Source: an uncultured virus (IMG/VR IMGVR_UViG_3300021255_000006) (Duplodnaviria > Heunggongvirae > Uroviricota > Caudoviricetes). From it: a stretch of DNA of 20,000 nt. The notes under the pieces are model-generated. The model did no database searches. It was not told the origin of the DNA and was given only the letters and a program-made list of their open reading frames with translations. Location of the stretch: the IMG/VR virus record IMGVR_UViG_3300021255_000006. One strand, written 5' to 3'. Below, piece after piece: positions 6,450 through 15,148 of this stretch (position 1 is the first letter of the stretch; each line of letters begins with the position of its first letter). Made by a program: the position numbers and the translations under genes.

Positions 6450-6617
6450 TACACAATTTTTACACAAATATAAGTCTGAAATTGACTCAAATCACGACCT
6501 GAGACCCGCATAAAACCTGACTCAGGGTCTTCATCATATTACGATACCTAATTTCATTTCTGTCTATTCTCCTTTAAATATAAGTCTCTTGGATGACATT
6601 ACACAGATTTTACACAA
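6450..6617. other. Putative attP region
   Basis: Tandem TACACA-n5-TACACAA pairs at 6450-6467 and 6600-6617, direct repeat AAATATAAGTCT at 6466-6477 and 6576-6587, imperfect inverted repeat 6496-6530; directly 3' of the integrase. Confidence 0.6.
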
Positions 6618-7759
6618 GATTCGAACAAATCAACTCCCGCACGCAGGCTCTCATCTGTGACATGTACGTATCTGTCCATGGTAGTCTTGATACTGGCATG
6701 ACCAAGGAGCTTCTGTAGGGTCTTTGGTGGCATTCCTCGCTCGATAGCTCTGGTAGCGTATGTATGTCTCAGTGCGTGCATACAGAACCGCTTAATACCA
6801 GCCTCGTCGCATAACTTATACAGATGCGTGTCGTACGAGCTATTCTTTGCAGGCATCCCAGTTCGCCAATTCACAAATATAAGTTCCCGCATGTTAAACG
6901 ACTTAAGCACTCCGCTACGTCGATCCAGATAGCTCAGAGTTTGATCCAGTTTTGGCGACTCTTTACGCTCTGAATCTCTGACCTCCAGCAAAATATCATA
7001 CGCTTTGGCCGTGAGTGGTATAGTCCTGTAACTTGATTGAGTTTTTGTCGGACCGGCTCTCCAGACCTTTGAAGAATGCCGATACTCCAATGTCTTAGTG
7101 ACTGAGAGCGTCCGGTTTTCCCAGTCTACACAGTCCCAGGTAAGTCCAATAAGTTCGCCTGTGCGTAGTCCGGTCTCTAATATAAGCGCGTATTGTCGAT
7201 AGTTATGAGACCTCTTAGCGGCTTCGAGGAACTTATTCTGTTCAGTCACAGTAAGAAAGTGAATCTCGTCAGGCGCTTTCTTTGGCTTGTTAATCTTAAT
7301 TCCTGTCAAAGGGTGTTTATCTATAAGCTCGTTATCCACAGCGGCTCTAAGCATTGTGCCCATAGTAATATAAGTCTGAATAATCGTTCCTGTGGCGTAT
7401 TGCGCTTCCATCTGATTAAGTACCATTTTGCAGTGCATCGGCTTAAGCTCTGTCAGATGAATATCACCGATGTAAGGACCTACGTTGTAGTGGTAACGCT
7501 CTGAGTAATTCCGTCTGGTGTTTGGCGCCAGGTCACATATCAGATTGGTACTCCAATACTCATACCATTGATCAAGCGTCATAGACTTTTTTGCTTTAGG
7601 TTTGCTCTTAGCCTCTTTCAACCACGCCTTGGCTTCTTTAACGGTTTTAAAGTAAGCGCCAAAACTCTGACCGTGCTGAGTGCATCTTGCAAAATATAAA
7701 CCGTCTTTCCTCTGACAAATACCTGTTCCAAGTTCCTTTCCTTTTAAATCCTTTCCCAC
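6599..7759 (-). CDS. int: Tyrosine recombinase / phage integrase
   Basis: GTG 7759 with RBS AAGGAGGT ([18 protein letters not shown]); catalytic TGLRTGE, HALRH, LGH, DRY; SAM-like TRRNY region. Confidence 0.95.
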   Translation of the reverse strand: MGKDLKGKELGTGICQRKDGLYFARCTQHGQSFGAYFKTVKEAKAWLKEAKSKPKAKKSMTLDQWYEYWSTNLICDLAPNTRRNYSERYHYNVGPYIGDIHLTELKPMHCKMVLNQMEAQYATGTIIQTYITMGTMLRAAVDNELIDKHPLTGIKINKPKKAPDEIHFLTVTEQNKFLEAAKRSHNYRQYALILETGLRTGELIGLTWDCVDWENRTLSVTKTLEYRHSSKVWRAGPTKTQSSYRTIPLTAKAYDILLEVRDSERKESPKLDQTLSYLDRRSGVLKSFNMRELIFVNWRTGMPAKNSSYDTHLYKLCDEAGIKRFCMHALRHTYATRAIERGMPPKTLQKLLGHASIKTTMDRYVHVTDESLRAGVDLFESCVKSV

Positions 7760-7790
7760 GGACACCTCCTTGATAGGTCCGCCCCGAGCC

Positions 7791-7799
7791 AGTATAGCA
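7791..7799 (-). promoter_or_regulatory. Extended -10 promoter for integrase
   Basis: TG-C-TATACT about 32 nt upstream of the GTG start, just after a terminator. Confidence 0.5.
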
Positions 7800-7808
7800 C
7801 GGCAGGCG

Positions 7809-7853
7809 AAAAAATAAAAGGGACAGTAAACCTTGCGGCAAACCATCCCTTTT
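7809..7853 (-). terminator. Terminator ending the late/tail operon (possibly bidirectional)
   Basis: AAAA-GGGAUGGU-UU-GCC-GCAA-GGU-UU-ACUGUCCC-UUUUAUUUUUU. Confidence 0.8.
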
Positions 7854-7861
7854 ATGTTATT

Positions 7862-7909
7862 CTACCATTTTATCGGTTGTCCTAGGACCCGGAGTATGGT
7901 AGTTACTCC
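7862..7909 (-). other. Predicted pseudoknot-forming RNA element
   Basis: S1 GGAGU/ACUCC, S2 CUACCAU/AUGGUAG, palindrome GUCCUAGGAC plus A-rich tract in loop 3. Confidence 0.4.
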
Positions 7910-7943
7910 TCGTATTTTTCGCTCGTCACTTCACCGCTTTAAA

Positions 7944-10616
7944 TTAATCACCGAAGTATACATCGTAGGCACGCTCTGCTGTCGCAATTTCAATCCCTGA
8001 TTCCATCGCATAGTCAATCAAGTCTTCGAGCATGGGCAAATAAACTTCTGACCCCATAGTAGGGTTTTCCCCGTTAATATCAATAACGGGCTTCCCTTCT
8101 GTATTGGTCATTGGTATGGGATTGCCGTCAGTGTCTTTTTTCACACTGCCGTCAGGATTTAATTCTACCCTCTGCTTATAAATACTATTAGATGTATGAA
8201 ACATCCATATCATCCATCCTTTTTTATCAGCGCACTCGTCAACGAATCCTTTCAAGTCGTCATAATTCCAGTCAGTTCGGCCTTCGCTTGCGGCATAATC
8301 GCATCTGTAGCGTGCAAGTGCGAATTTGTCCGTATAAGGATAATTGAGCGTTTCTCCGCCTATGCGGATACCAGCCCTAAATACTTTTGCGGCGCATTCC
8401 TGATAAAATTTGTATGTACCCGTAGAAGATGTGTAAACCAAAATGTCACTAGCGTGATATCCGTGTCGTTTCAGAATATTGAGTCCTCTTAAATATTTAT
8501 GCGTCACTTCAAGCGCATTAAAATTGTGCGGATCAATATCATCGGGATGGTCATAAGTATGACAAAGGATTTCAGCACCGGAGTCATTACATTCATCGAT
8601 TTCTTCGTAAGTCATAAAGCCAACTTTACCTACGTTTACTGGCGTGACAGCGGAAGAAATCGGTATGTTTTTACGAAGGATCATCGGCACAACGTCTGTT
8701 AAAAAATGCTTATCCCCGTCATCGTCTATAATTGTCAGCATTGCTACATTTCCTTTTACGACGTTCGAATAAAAATCTACGCACCCCAAAATGCCAATAC
8801 CTGATGTATTAGAAAACTCCAGATAATCACCTGACGTACTTACTATAATCTCTGCAGGCATTACCACGGAGATGTCATAGATTTCTTCAGCGTCGAGCTC
8901 AAAAAGAACTATGGCGGGATTCTGAGTCATATACTCGTTTATTTTTGCAGTTGTATCGATTCCTGCAACTGGTACCCGCACAGAAAAACCGTATGTTTTA
9001 TCCGTATAAAGTGCAATAACGGGCTTATCTGTAACCTCTGCATTGTATATAGCCGCATAAGATACTGGCGTAAGAACGTCAGATAGAACATCGCCTAATG
9101 CCCTGATCGTTGGCTGGGGCTTTTCGCCGATATTATAATAAATCCATGCAGAAGTTGTATCGGTCGGCTTGAAATTAGATGTACGAATTGGCTGTGTTCC
9201 ATTAAGTACAACTCTTCCGACATTCTTGTGATACCTCCATCCGTGTTTGATTGCCCCACCCTCAGACCATTCGTCGTAGCTGATATAATTACATCTCTTT
9301 TGTGTAGCACTGCCGTAATATTGCAACTGTTTAACAATATCAGGAATATTGTGTATATCACCGCCACACTGCACCGCTGTGGGTATAGTTTCAATGAACG
9401 CAGAATAAATCGTAGGATTATTTGCAGCATACACTTCGATAGCATTTAACACCTCTGTGTCGTTAATGGTTGGCTCATTTCCAGCTCCGAACATTTCCGT
9501 AAGGTCAACACATATCGGTCTAATGACTGTATCAATCTCACCATAAAACGCTTCGAGTATCTTGATCACTAAGTAATCATAGCTTCCAGTCTGCGCTGGC
9601 GCGGTAGCGATTTGTCGATTGCCTTTGTATGTTACGCCTACATATTTATTGTAGCGCATTCCATACAGACACACATTTTCATCCCCAGTGCTTAAAAAAT
9701 ATTTATGTCCCGCAACAAAGAAATAAATGCCAGAAGAATAACCTGTGTTTGTCTGTATATTCCTATCAGACTGTGATTTTGTACCATTTATCGCCCATGT
9801 ACCATCGCTGTTATTTGTAAATGTCATGCTACCAACGGTTTTACTTGATCCGGTGTTTTTGTTAACCTGGGACCATTTCCAAACAGCGCTTCCTACTTTA
9901 GAAACACGGCAATATTTTGCCACATCCTTTTCGATTGTTTTTTGATAAAAATAACCTTCTTTCGTTAAAATGCTTTCTTGCGATATGGCAACGCCTTTTT
10001 TATATTGTAAATCTTCTTGTGCATCCAAATTGGTTACAGAAACCTTGAGCCCACTTTCGCATACTTTATGATTCAAGTAAGGCGGATTAGCATCTGTATA
10101 TACGCTATTAAAACAGAAGTATTTTTCGCCCGGCAAAATCTCTATTGAATAAGTATCAAACACCTGAGACTCTTCCGCTGTTGCCGTGCGCATAACAGTA
10201 TAATTAGCATCACAAGTCGCCCACGTTCTTGACGTGGCAGAGCCTTTTCCGCCAACATCAACTATTCCATATTCACTGACGGGGAACAGTGCTGTCCTAT
10301 AGATATCACTTGCGTTTACAGTTGTACGAATATAAGAACCATTACTGACTCTATATCCATTTACAAGTTCTTCATTTCGTTCGAAATATCCGTTGACATC
10401 ACTTGATAATACTTTTAAATCTTCCTTTAAATCAGTAATCTCATCCCCCACCACTTTAGCGTCTGCCGCCTGTCCCTCTTGTGTGAGAGTGGGATCAAGC
10501 TGTATGCCAACCCGATCGGCTCGTATACGCTTGGTCCCGCCCTCGCCATTGTCAAGGAGCAAATAATCTCCGTCGTTGTATCCGGTTTTCTCACTGTAAG
10601 ATATAACTCTTCCCAT
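7944..10616 (-). CDS. Large tail-associated/receptor-binding protein with C-terminal polysaccharide deacetylase (NodB/CE4-like) domain
   Basis: 890 aa; LDPTLTQEGQAADAKVVG fibre-type linker; LTIIDDDG, EILCHTYDH, WMIWMFH motifs. Confidence 0.75.
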   Translation of the reverse strand: MGRVISYSEKTGYNDGDYLLLDNGEGGTKRIRADRVGIQLDPTLTQEGQAADAKVVGDEITDLKEDLKVLSSDVNGYFERNEELVNGYRVSNGSYIRTTVNASDIYRTALFPVSEYGIVDVGGKGSATSRTWATCDANYTVMRTATAEESQVFDTYSIEILPGEKYFCFNSVYTDANPPYLNHKVCESGLKVSVTNLDAQEDLQYKKGVAISQESILTKEGYFYQKTIEKDVAKYCRVSKVGSAVWKWSQVNKNTGSSKTVGSMTFTNNSDGTWAINGTKSQSDRNIQTNTGYSSGIYFFVAGHKYFLSTGDENVCLYGMRYNKYVGVTYKGNRQIATAPAQTGSYDYLVIKILEAFYGEIDTVIRPICVDLTEMFGAGNEPTINDTEVLNAIEVYAANNPTIYSAFIETIPTAVQCGGDIHNIPDIVKQLQYYGSATQKRCNYISYDEWSEGGAIKHGWRYHKNVGRVVLNGTQPIRTSNFKPTDTTSAWIYYNIGEKPQPTIRALGDVLSDVLTPVSYAAIYNAEVTDKPVIALYTDKTYGFSVRVPVAGIDTTAKINEYMTQNPAIVLFELDAEEIYDISVVMPAEIIVSTSGDYLEFSNTSGIGILGCVDFYSNVVKGNVAMLTIIDDDGDKHFLTDVVPMILRKNIPISSAVTPVNVGKVGFMTYEEIDECNDSGAEILCHTYDHPDDIDPHNFNALEVTHKYLRGLNILKRHGYHASDILVYTSSTGTYKFYQECAAKVFRAGIRIGGETLNYPYTDKFALARYRCDYAASEGRTDWNYDDLKGFVDECADKKGWMIWMFHTSNSIYKQRVELNPDGSVKKDTDGNPIPMTNTEGKPVIDINGENPTMGSEVYLPMLEDLIDYAMESGIEIATAERAYDVYFGD

Positions 10617-10651
10617 AGTTTACTCTCTCTCTTATTATACTCCGCGACTCC

Positions 10652-12280
10652 TTATATCGCCTCAAGACCTGCATATCGATAATAATTTTCGTTCGTTTCG
10701 ATACATTCACTCATCAATCGCATTACCGCATAAGCAAGACCGGTATATGTTACCTGTGTCGGATGACCGTTAACCATAGTGTAATGATAAACATATGAAC
10801 TAAAGAATGGATCATCAAACGGATCAACAAACGGAATACCAAAATGCTCAGCAATTTCTGATGCAGCAGATGAATAGTTGCTAAAAATTTGACCAGATTT
10901 ATCCCACAGCCACCTACCGAATATAACAAATCTAGCCATAGGCGCATGTGTCTGTAGCTGAGCTATTATACGTCCGTAGTTTCCGTAAAATGAATCTGGA
11001 TTTTGCGAATAGTCACTTATTATGTCGTCAATGGTACCGATAGCATCTCCATTGATACAATCATTAATCCCAAAACATATCATATACAGATCAGGAGGCG
11101 TAGCAGAAAGAACTGATGATAAGCCATTGGTCAAATAAGATTTTGCACTGGAACCTCCAACACCAAAATTTTCAACAGTTACACCTAGATAATCGGCTAA
11201 CACTTGTGGATATGGTTTCTTAGCTTGAAGCCATGTGGAGCCATCCGAAGATTTTATCCCACCTTTGGTGTAACTATCGCCAATACATTGTATTCTAGAA
11301 AACATGTTCAATCCGCAATACGGTTTTTTCAAAGCGTTTTCTGGTATCGGTGTTATTGACCATGGTAAAGAAACGCCAAAACAATCCATGGAGAAATTAC
11401 TAAGATCGGTAGACAATCCTTCTATAGCTAATCTGGAATATCCCGCTTCTGATAAAAGTTTAAGCCTGATATGAACGCCATCGGTTTTAAGATATACATA
11501 TGCAGACATAGTAGAAGTGCCATCAACAATTTTTGCATATGTTGTGTTGATAGCCTTTACGTTTTCAGTGTAAGCAACAATGTAATTATAGTTTGGAATA
11601 CTCGACGGCACCGGGACAACCAATTCTGAAATATTAACTGGTATAGAAACATCAGCATAAAAATATTCAGTGTCACTTCTAAACGTGGGGAGGAACGTAG
11701 TTGTGCTATAACCGGTTAATCTTTTTTGTCGATTAATATCTGCTCGTTGAATAATGTTATACTTACTCGAATCAGGATAGCCGATGTCATTTGCTTTTTC
11801 TATATTACGTGCAGTTTGTATCACGGAATTAGAAACGCTGCTAACAACATGCTCTATATTTTTACACAGCCTAACATGAAAACCGCCAACTTGAGCCGTT
11901 CTATAGCAGGCTCTTGCTTTCGCGGCATTCATAGGAACGGTTAACGTTTGAGTTCCAGCAACAGCTTGCGCACCAGATATAAACGCATCTGTACTATCGT
12001 AAAATGCTATACCAAGGCCATCCTCAGCACGTTGAGTCTGGTAATCAATAATATCTCCAGATATTACAGAAAATTCGACATAAGAAAAATTAACGTTATC
12101 GCTTATACTTCCGGTATTACTTTCAATTCGTTTCCCAGAAACAGCATTAGTGGTATCGACACTTCTGTTTATTATATTACTAGCCGAGATTTTCCTAGTC
12201 CCATCAGTAGCTCCGTCAATGACTAAGAAATCGTCTTGATTCAACGAGTCAGCTTCTGGATAGGTATTGATCCTGCTCAT
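10652..12280 (-). CDS. Tail-associated protein with C-terminal SGNH/GDSL esterase domain
   Basis: 542 aa; blocks IGDSYT, NFGVGG, FGIND, NGHP. Confidence 0.8.
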   Translation of the reverse strand: MSRINTYPEADSLNQDDFLVIDGATDGTRKISASNIINRSVDTTNAVSGKRIESNTGSISDNVNFSYVEFSVISGDIIDYQTQRAEDGLGIAFYDSTDAFISGAQAVAGTQTLTVPMNAAKARACYRTAQVGGFHVRLCKNIEHVVSSVSNSVIQTARNIEKANDIGYPDSSKYNIIQRADINRQKRLTGYSTTTFLPTFRSDTEYFYADVSIPVNISELVVPVPSSIPNYNYIVAYTENVKAINTTYAKIVDGTSTMSAYVYLKTDGVHIRLKLLSEAGYSRLAIEGLSTDLSNFSMDCFGVSLPWSITPIPENALKKPYCGLNMFSRIQCIGDSYTKGGIKSSDGSTWLQAKKPYPQVLADYLGVTVENFGVGGSSAKSYLTNGLSSVLSATPPDLYMICFGINDCINGDAIGTIDDIISDYSQNPDSFYGNYGRIIAQLQTHAPMARFVIFGRWLWDKSGQIFSNYSSAASEIAEHFGIPFVDPFDDPFFSSYVYHYTMVNGHPTQVTYTGLAYAVMRLMSECIETNENYYRYAGLEAI

Positions 12281-12283
12281 AGC

Positions 12284-12493
12284 TTACTCCTTCATATTAT
12301 ACTGGACGGTACTGATGCCCAGGATCACACCGAGGAAGGTGTCGATCGCTGTGATAGTACCGACAATCTGCTCTCCGTAGGGGAAACCCCAAATTCCTGC
12401 CAGTGCAAAATATAAAGTGCCAACAGCCGGCAGCAGCACCAGTGCTACCCACTTCAGAATATCGTAGGTTTTGTCATTAAGAATCGTTTTCAT
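12284..12493 (-). CDS. Holin, Dp-1 type
   Basis: YDILKWVALVLLPAVGTLYFALAGIWGFPYGEQIVGTITAIDTFLGVILGIS; two TM segments. Confidence 0.85.
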   Translation of the reverse strand: MKTILNDKTYDILKWVALVLLPAVGTLYFALAGIWGFPYGEQIVGTITAIDTFLGVILGISTVQYNMKE

Positions 12494-12494
12494 G

Positions 12495-12791
12495 TTACGC
12501 CTCCTTTAACGGCAGTTTTTCTACCTCGTTCATGATCTTAGTTCCGGAACCGTTACCTCCTAGTTTTTTGTAAGGCTTGTATAAGTCCTGCAAAGTGTCG
12601 TACTCGTCTTTTGAAATCCATCCACGCTCGATGTACTGCATTCCGTAGAAAACCAGCTCCATGTGGGCGATACCAAGAAGCATTTCTCGTTCTGCCGTGT
12701 GCCGATCCAGTCTTGTACCCAGAAACGCCCAAAGGCCAGAGGAAGCCAGGAGCGATGTAAAGATAGTTATTACGATTTGTGTTAAGTTCAT
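12495..12791 (-). CDS. Holin-associated membrane protein
   Basis: N-terminal TM; YIERGWIS.DEY...Y.PYKKLGGNG pattern typical of genes next to holins in Firmicutes phages. Confidence 0.7.
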   Translation of the reverse strand: MNLTQIVITIFTSLLASSGLWAFLGTRLDRHTAEREMLLGIAHMELVFYGMQYIERGWISKDEYDTLQDLYKPYKKLGGNGSGTKIMNEVEKLPLKEA

Positions 12792-12833
12792 ACATTTTGT
12801 TCCTTTGGTAATTCTTATTCGAGATGAGTCTCC

Positions 12834-14078
12834 TTAAAAGTCGATAGACTGGTCTGGTGATACTTTTGCTCCTGTGGTTTTAATAGCAAACCAGGTTACT
12901 TTAAGCGTTATTTGTTTGGCTTGAAGATTAAAGTTTACTAAACCCATTCTAAAATCAGGCACGGAATTATGACTCATGTAATATTCGGTAGGTATAACCC
13001 ATTTGTATTCAGTACTTTCAATTTGACATAGCCCGCAAATAGTATATCCAGTCGGCACATTAGAAATGTACGAAGAAACAACCGTCCAGCCCGGAGTAAT
13101 AACGGTTTCTCCACCAGCTATAACGTTAGCGGTAGCCTTAGGTACTGTGCCTTTTATAACCAACGTTCCATAAGCCAAAATATCATTGATTTTGACAACT
13201 TCGACGCCATTTTCGCTAAGAGTTTTACCGCTAGGAACAGTAACATTAGCACCACCATCAGATAGTACAAATGACGCAATAGCAGATGTTCCATTTAATA
13301 ACTGCATACTCGCTCTCGGAGAATTATTCTTAGCCTCACAAACAACCTCCGATTTGTAGTTACCATAAGAATTGGACATGCCGATAGCGTTTACATTATT
13401 TCCACCCGACATTTTGAGTGTGCCGCCATCCAAAGCGATAACCGCCTTACCTCCACAAAAGCTAACTGTAGCTGACGTCGATTGTCCAATTGAAATAGAA
13501 TTAGCCGCAAAAGATGCTATTGTTGTACCAGTAGAATCTCTAAGCGTAATACCCTTAGCTGTAAAGTCAGCAAGAATCTTGTCAGAACCGTTTCTAATTT
13601 CAACACCGGAATCGGTGGCCATAACATGTGATTTTGAATTCATGCCTATCTGAGTGGTTGGGCCGAATGTTGCTAACAGCTGACCATCGATGTTATATAT
13701 GCTAGAACCATTAGTTCCAACAATAATATAACCGTCAATTGGCTGATTTTCTTCGTCAAGCTTACCTATCAATAAGCCCTCAGCAGTTAAGGTCATGTAT
13801 ACAGGGCCGACTCTTGTTAACGCCGGATAGCTAACATTACCAATGATGGTTAAAGTATGTCCACGCATTGTAGCCATAACCAGATCACCAACTCCAACTT
13901 CAACAAGAGACTTTGCCGGCGTATCAATTTCAGCGCCATTAAGTTGGACATAAACGAGACTGTCTTCTACGACTCGTGTTACTGTAGCGTACAAATGCTG
14001 GGAATCAGACGGAGCCATTTGAGAACCGCCGTTTACTGCATCCGCAAATCCTTTGAGGATGCTGTCATTCAATTCCAA
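12834..14078 (-). CDS. Minor tail protein (spike/tip-like)
   Basis: Start moved to TTG 14078 (MELNDSILKGF), after GGGGGTG overlapping the upstream stop; OB-fold-like N-terminus then beta-rich repeats (G.LLATFG, ILADFTA, IASFAA). Confidence 0.7.
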   Translation of the reverse strand: MELNDSILKGFADAVNGGSQMAPSDSQHLYATVTRVVEDSLVYVQLNGAEIDTPAKSLVEVGVGDLVMATMRGHTLTIIGNVSYPALTRVGPVYMTLTAEGLLIGKLDEENQPIDGYIIVGTNGSSIYNIDGQLLATFGPTTQIGMNSKSHVMATDSGVEIRNGSDKILADFTAKGITLRDSTGTTIASFAANSISIGQSTSATVSFCGGKAVIALDGGTLKMSGGNNVNAIGMSNSYGNYKSEVVCEAKNNSPRASMQLLNGTSAIASFVLSDGGANVTVPSGKTLSENGVEVVKINDILAYGTLVIKGTVPKATANVIAGGETVITPGWTVVSSYISNVPTGYTICGLCQIESTEYKWVIPTEYYMSHNSVPDFRMGLVNFNLQAKQITLKVTWFAIKTTGAKVSPDQSIDF

Positions 14079-14083
14079 AATTA

Positions 14084-15148
14084 TCACCCCCAAAGATTCT
14101 TTGTATAAATGGCTGTTTCTTGAACTCGACAACCTGTTTCGCATTCGATTGATTGTCGAGTTACTTTGGCACGCGTATTAATCATGCCTGCTCTTGTGTA
14201 ATTTAAAAGCACACAGTCACCCACTCGCACAGGACAATATCCATGAGTGTAGGTAACTGTGTACTCAAGTGCCGATAAATCTCTTAATTTCTGTCTGGCG
14301 TAGTCATCAAGCTGAACTTGTGTTGGTATTACGCCATTAAGATCAGGATTTGTAACGCGTTCAACGACCTTGCGACCTCTTGTAATCGTGGAAATTGGAC
14401 TGTCAGGATCATTGTTTTCGACCCTAGAGTAAATATAACTCCCGTCATCTTTAGTGTATACAACCTCTAGAACATTTGGAATTCCATATAAATCCCTATC
14501 TATGTCGAAGTCGGGTTGCAGTATTGAGCTGTTACCATCATCAAAAATCCACACAGGCTGTAACGAATTTGTGTCCTGGTTTGGTGAAAACATAACTCTA
14601 CCCATTTCGTCGCAGCCCATAGTATAGCCAGCACAGGCAAGCAAATCGTTAATGAAAGTAAACCAAGTATCGTTTATATCAGACACAAACGGTTGCGGAA
14701 GAACATATGACGCGCTTCCACCAACAACAGGCGCCCTGCAATTCTCAGTAACTAGATTTGTAGCTGTTTCAAGAATATTTACCCCGGACGCCAAAGAATA
14801 CCCGATAGGAGGTCTGTTGTCTTTAAGTTCCAACAAAGGTGTATAAGCGTCCAAGGTAATACTCTTATTTTTGCCGTCAAACCCTTCTCCAGTTGTCTGG
14901 CAAAGATGTGTTCCGAGAGGAGTTCTTTCTTCTATGTGATTTTGATTTGTAACAAGGTAAGTACGAATATAAAGCTCTCCTAAGTCGCTATCAACTTTAA
15001 ATGAAGCGCTTCCTCCAGTATCGTTTGAGTTGTCTCTCTTGATATTAGAAGATATAACATTCTTAATCCTGCTACGATCGGTCCATGTAGCCGGATCAAC
15101 TTCGTAATATTCATAAGTCTGTTGCATGGACTTTGTCCAATCCGGCAT
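14084..15148 (-). CDS. Minor tail protein (hub/baseplate-like)
   Basis: 354 aa; position in tail module; TGATG coupling; HGYCPVRVGDCVLL C-terminus. Confidence 0.7.
   Translation of the reverse strand: MPDWTKSMQQTYEYYEVDPATWTDRSRIKNVISSNIKRDNSNDTGGSASFKVDSDLGELYIRTYLVTNQNHIEERTPLGTHLCQTTGEGFDGKNKSITLDAYTPLLELKDNRPPIGYSLASGVNILETATNLVTENCRAPVVGGSASYVLPQPFVSDINDTWFTFINDLLACAGYTMGCDEMGRVMFSPNQDTNSLQPVWIFDDGNSSILQPDFDIDRDLYGIPNVLEVVYTKDDGSYIYSRVENNDPDSPISTITRGRKVVERVTNPDLNGVIPTQVQLDDYARQKLRDLSALEYTVTYTHGYCPVRVGDCVLLNYTRAGMINTRAKVTRQSIECETGCRVQETAIYTKNLWG

Noticed and set aside
6872..7380. Extra AATATAAGT-containing matches to the attP region inside int (6872-6884, 7367-7380)
   Set aside because: AT-rich, within coding sequence and far from the putative core; cannot be separated from chance without statistics
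1146..7759. Classical integron (integrase plus attC cassettes)
   Set aside because: Hairpins have U-tracts and G.U-biased stems with no evident RYYYAAC/GTTRRRY ends; the integrase looks like an ordinary arm-binding phage Int with its own attP-like site
7760..7846. N-terminal extension of the integrase in the ORF track (likewise for 941..1195, 2681..3010, 5939..6409, 12834..14144)
   Set aside because: Extensions cross terminators or upstream genes, or lack an RBS; better RBS-supported starts lie downstream
7899..7923. Eighth copy of the cassette motif (AGCGAAAAATACGAGGAGTAACTAC)
   Set aside because: Resembles copy 5 but lacks the invariant A13 and ATG; not counted
7944..14078. Diversity-generating retroelement or invertible tail-fibre shufflon
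   Set aside because: No reverse transcriptase or invertase, and no TR/VR pair or inverted cassettes noticed
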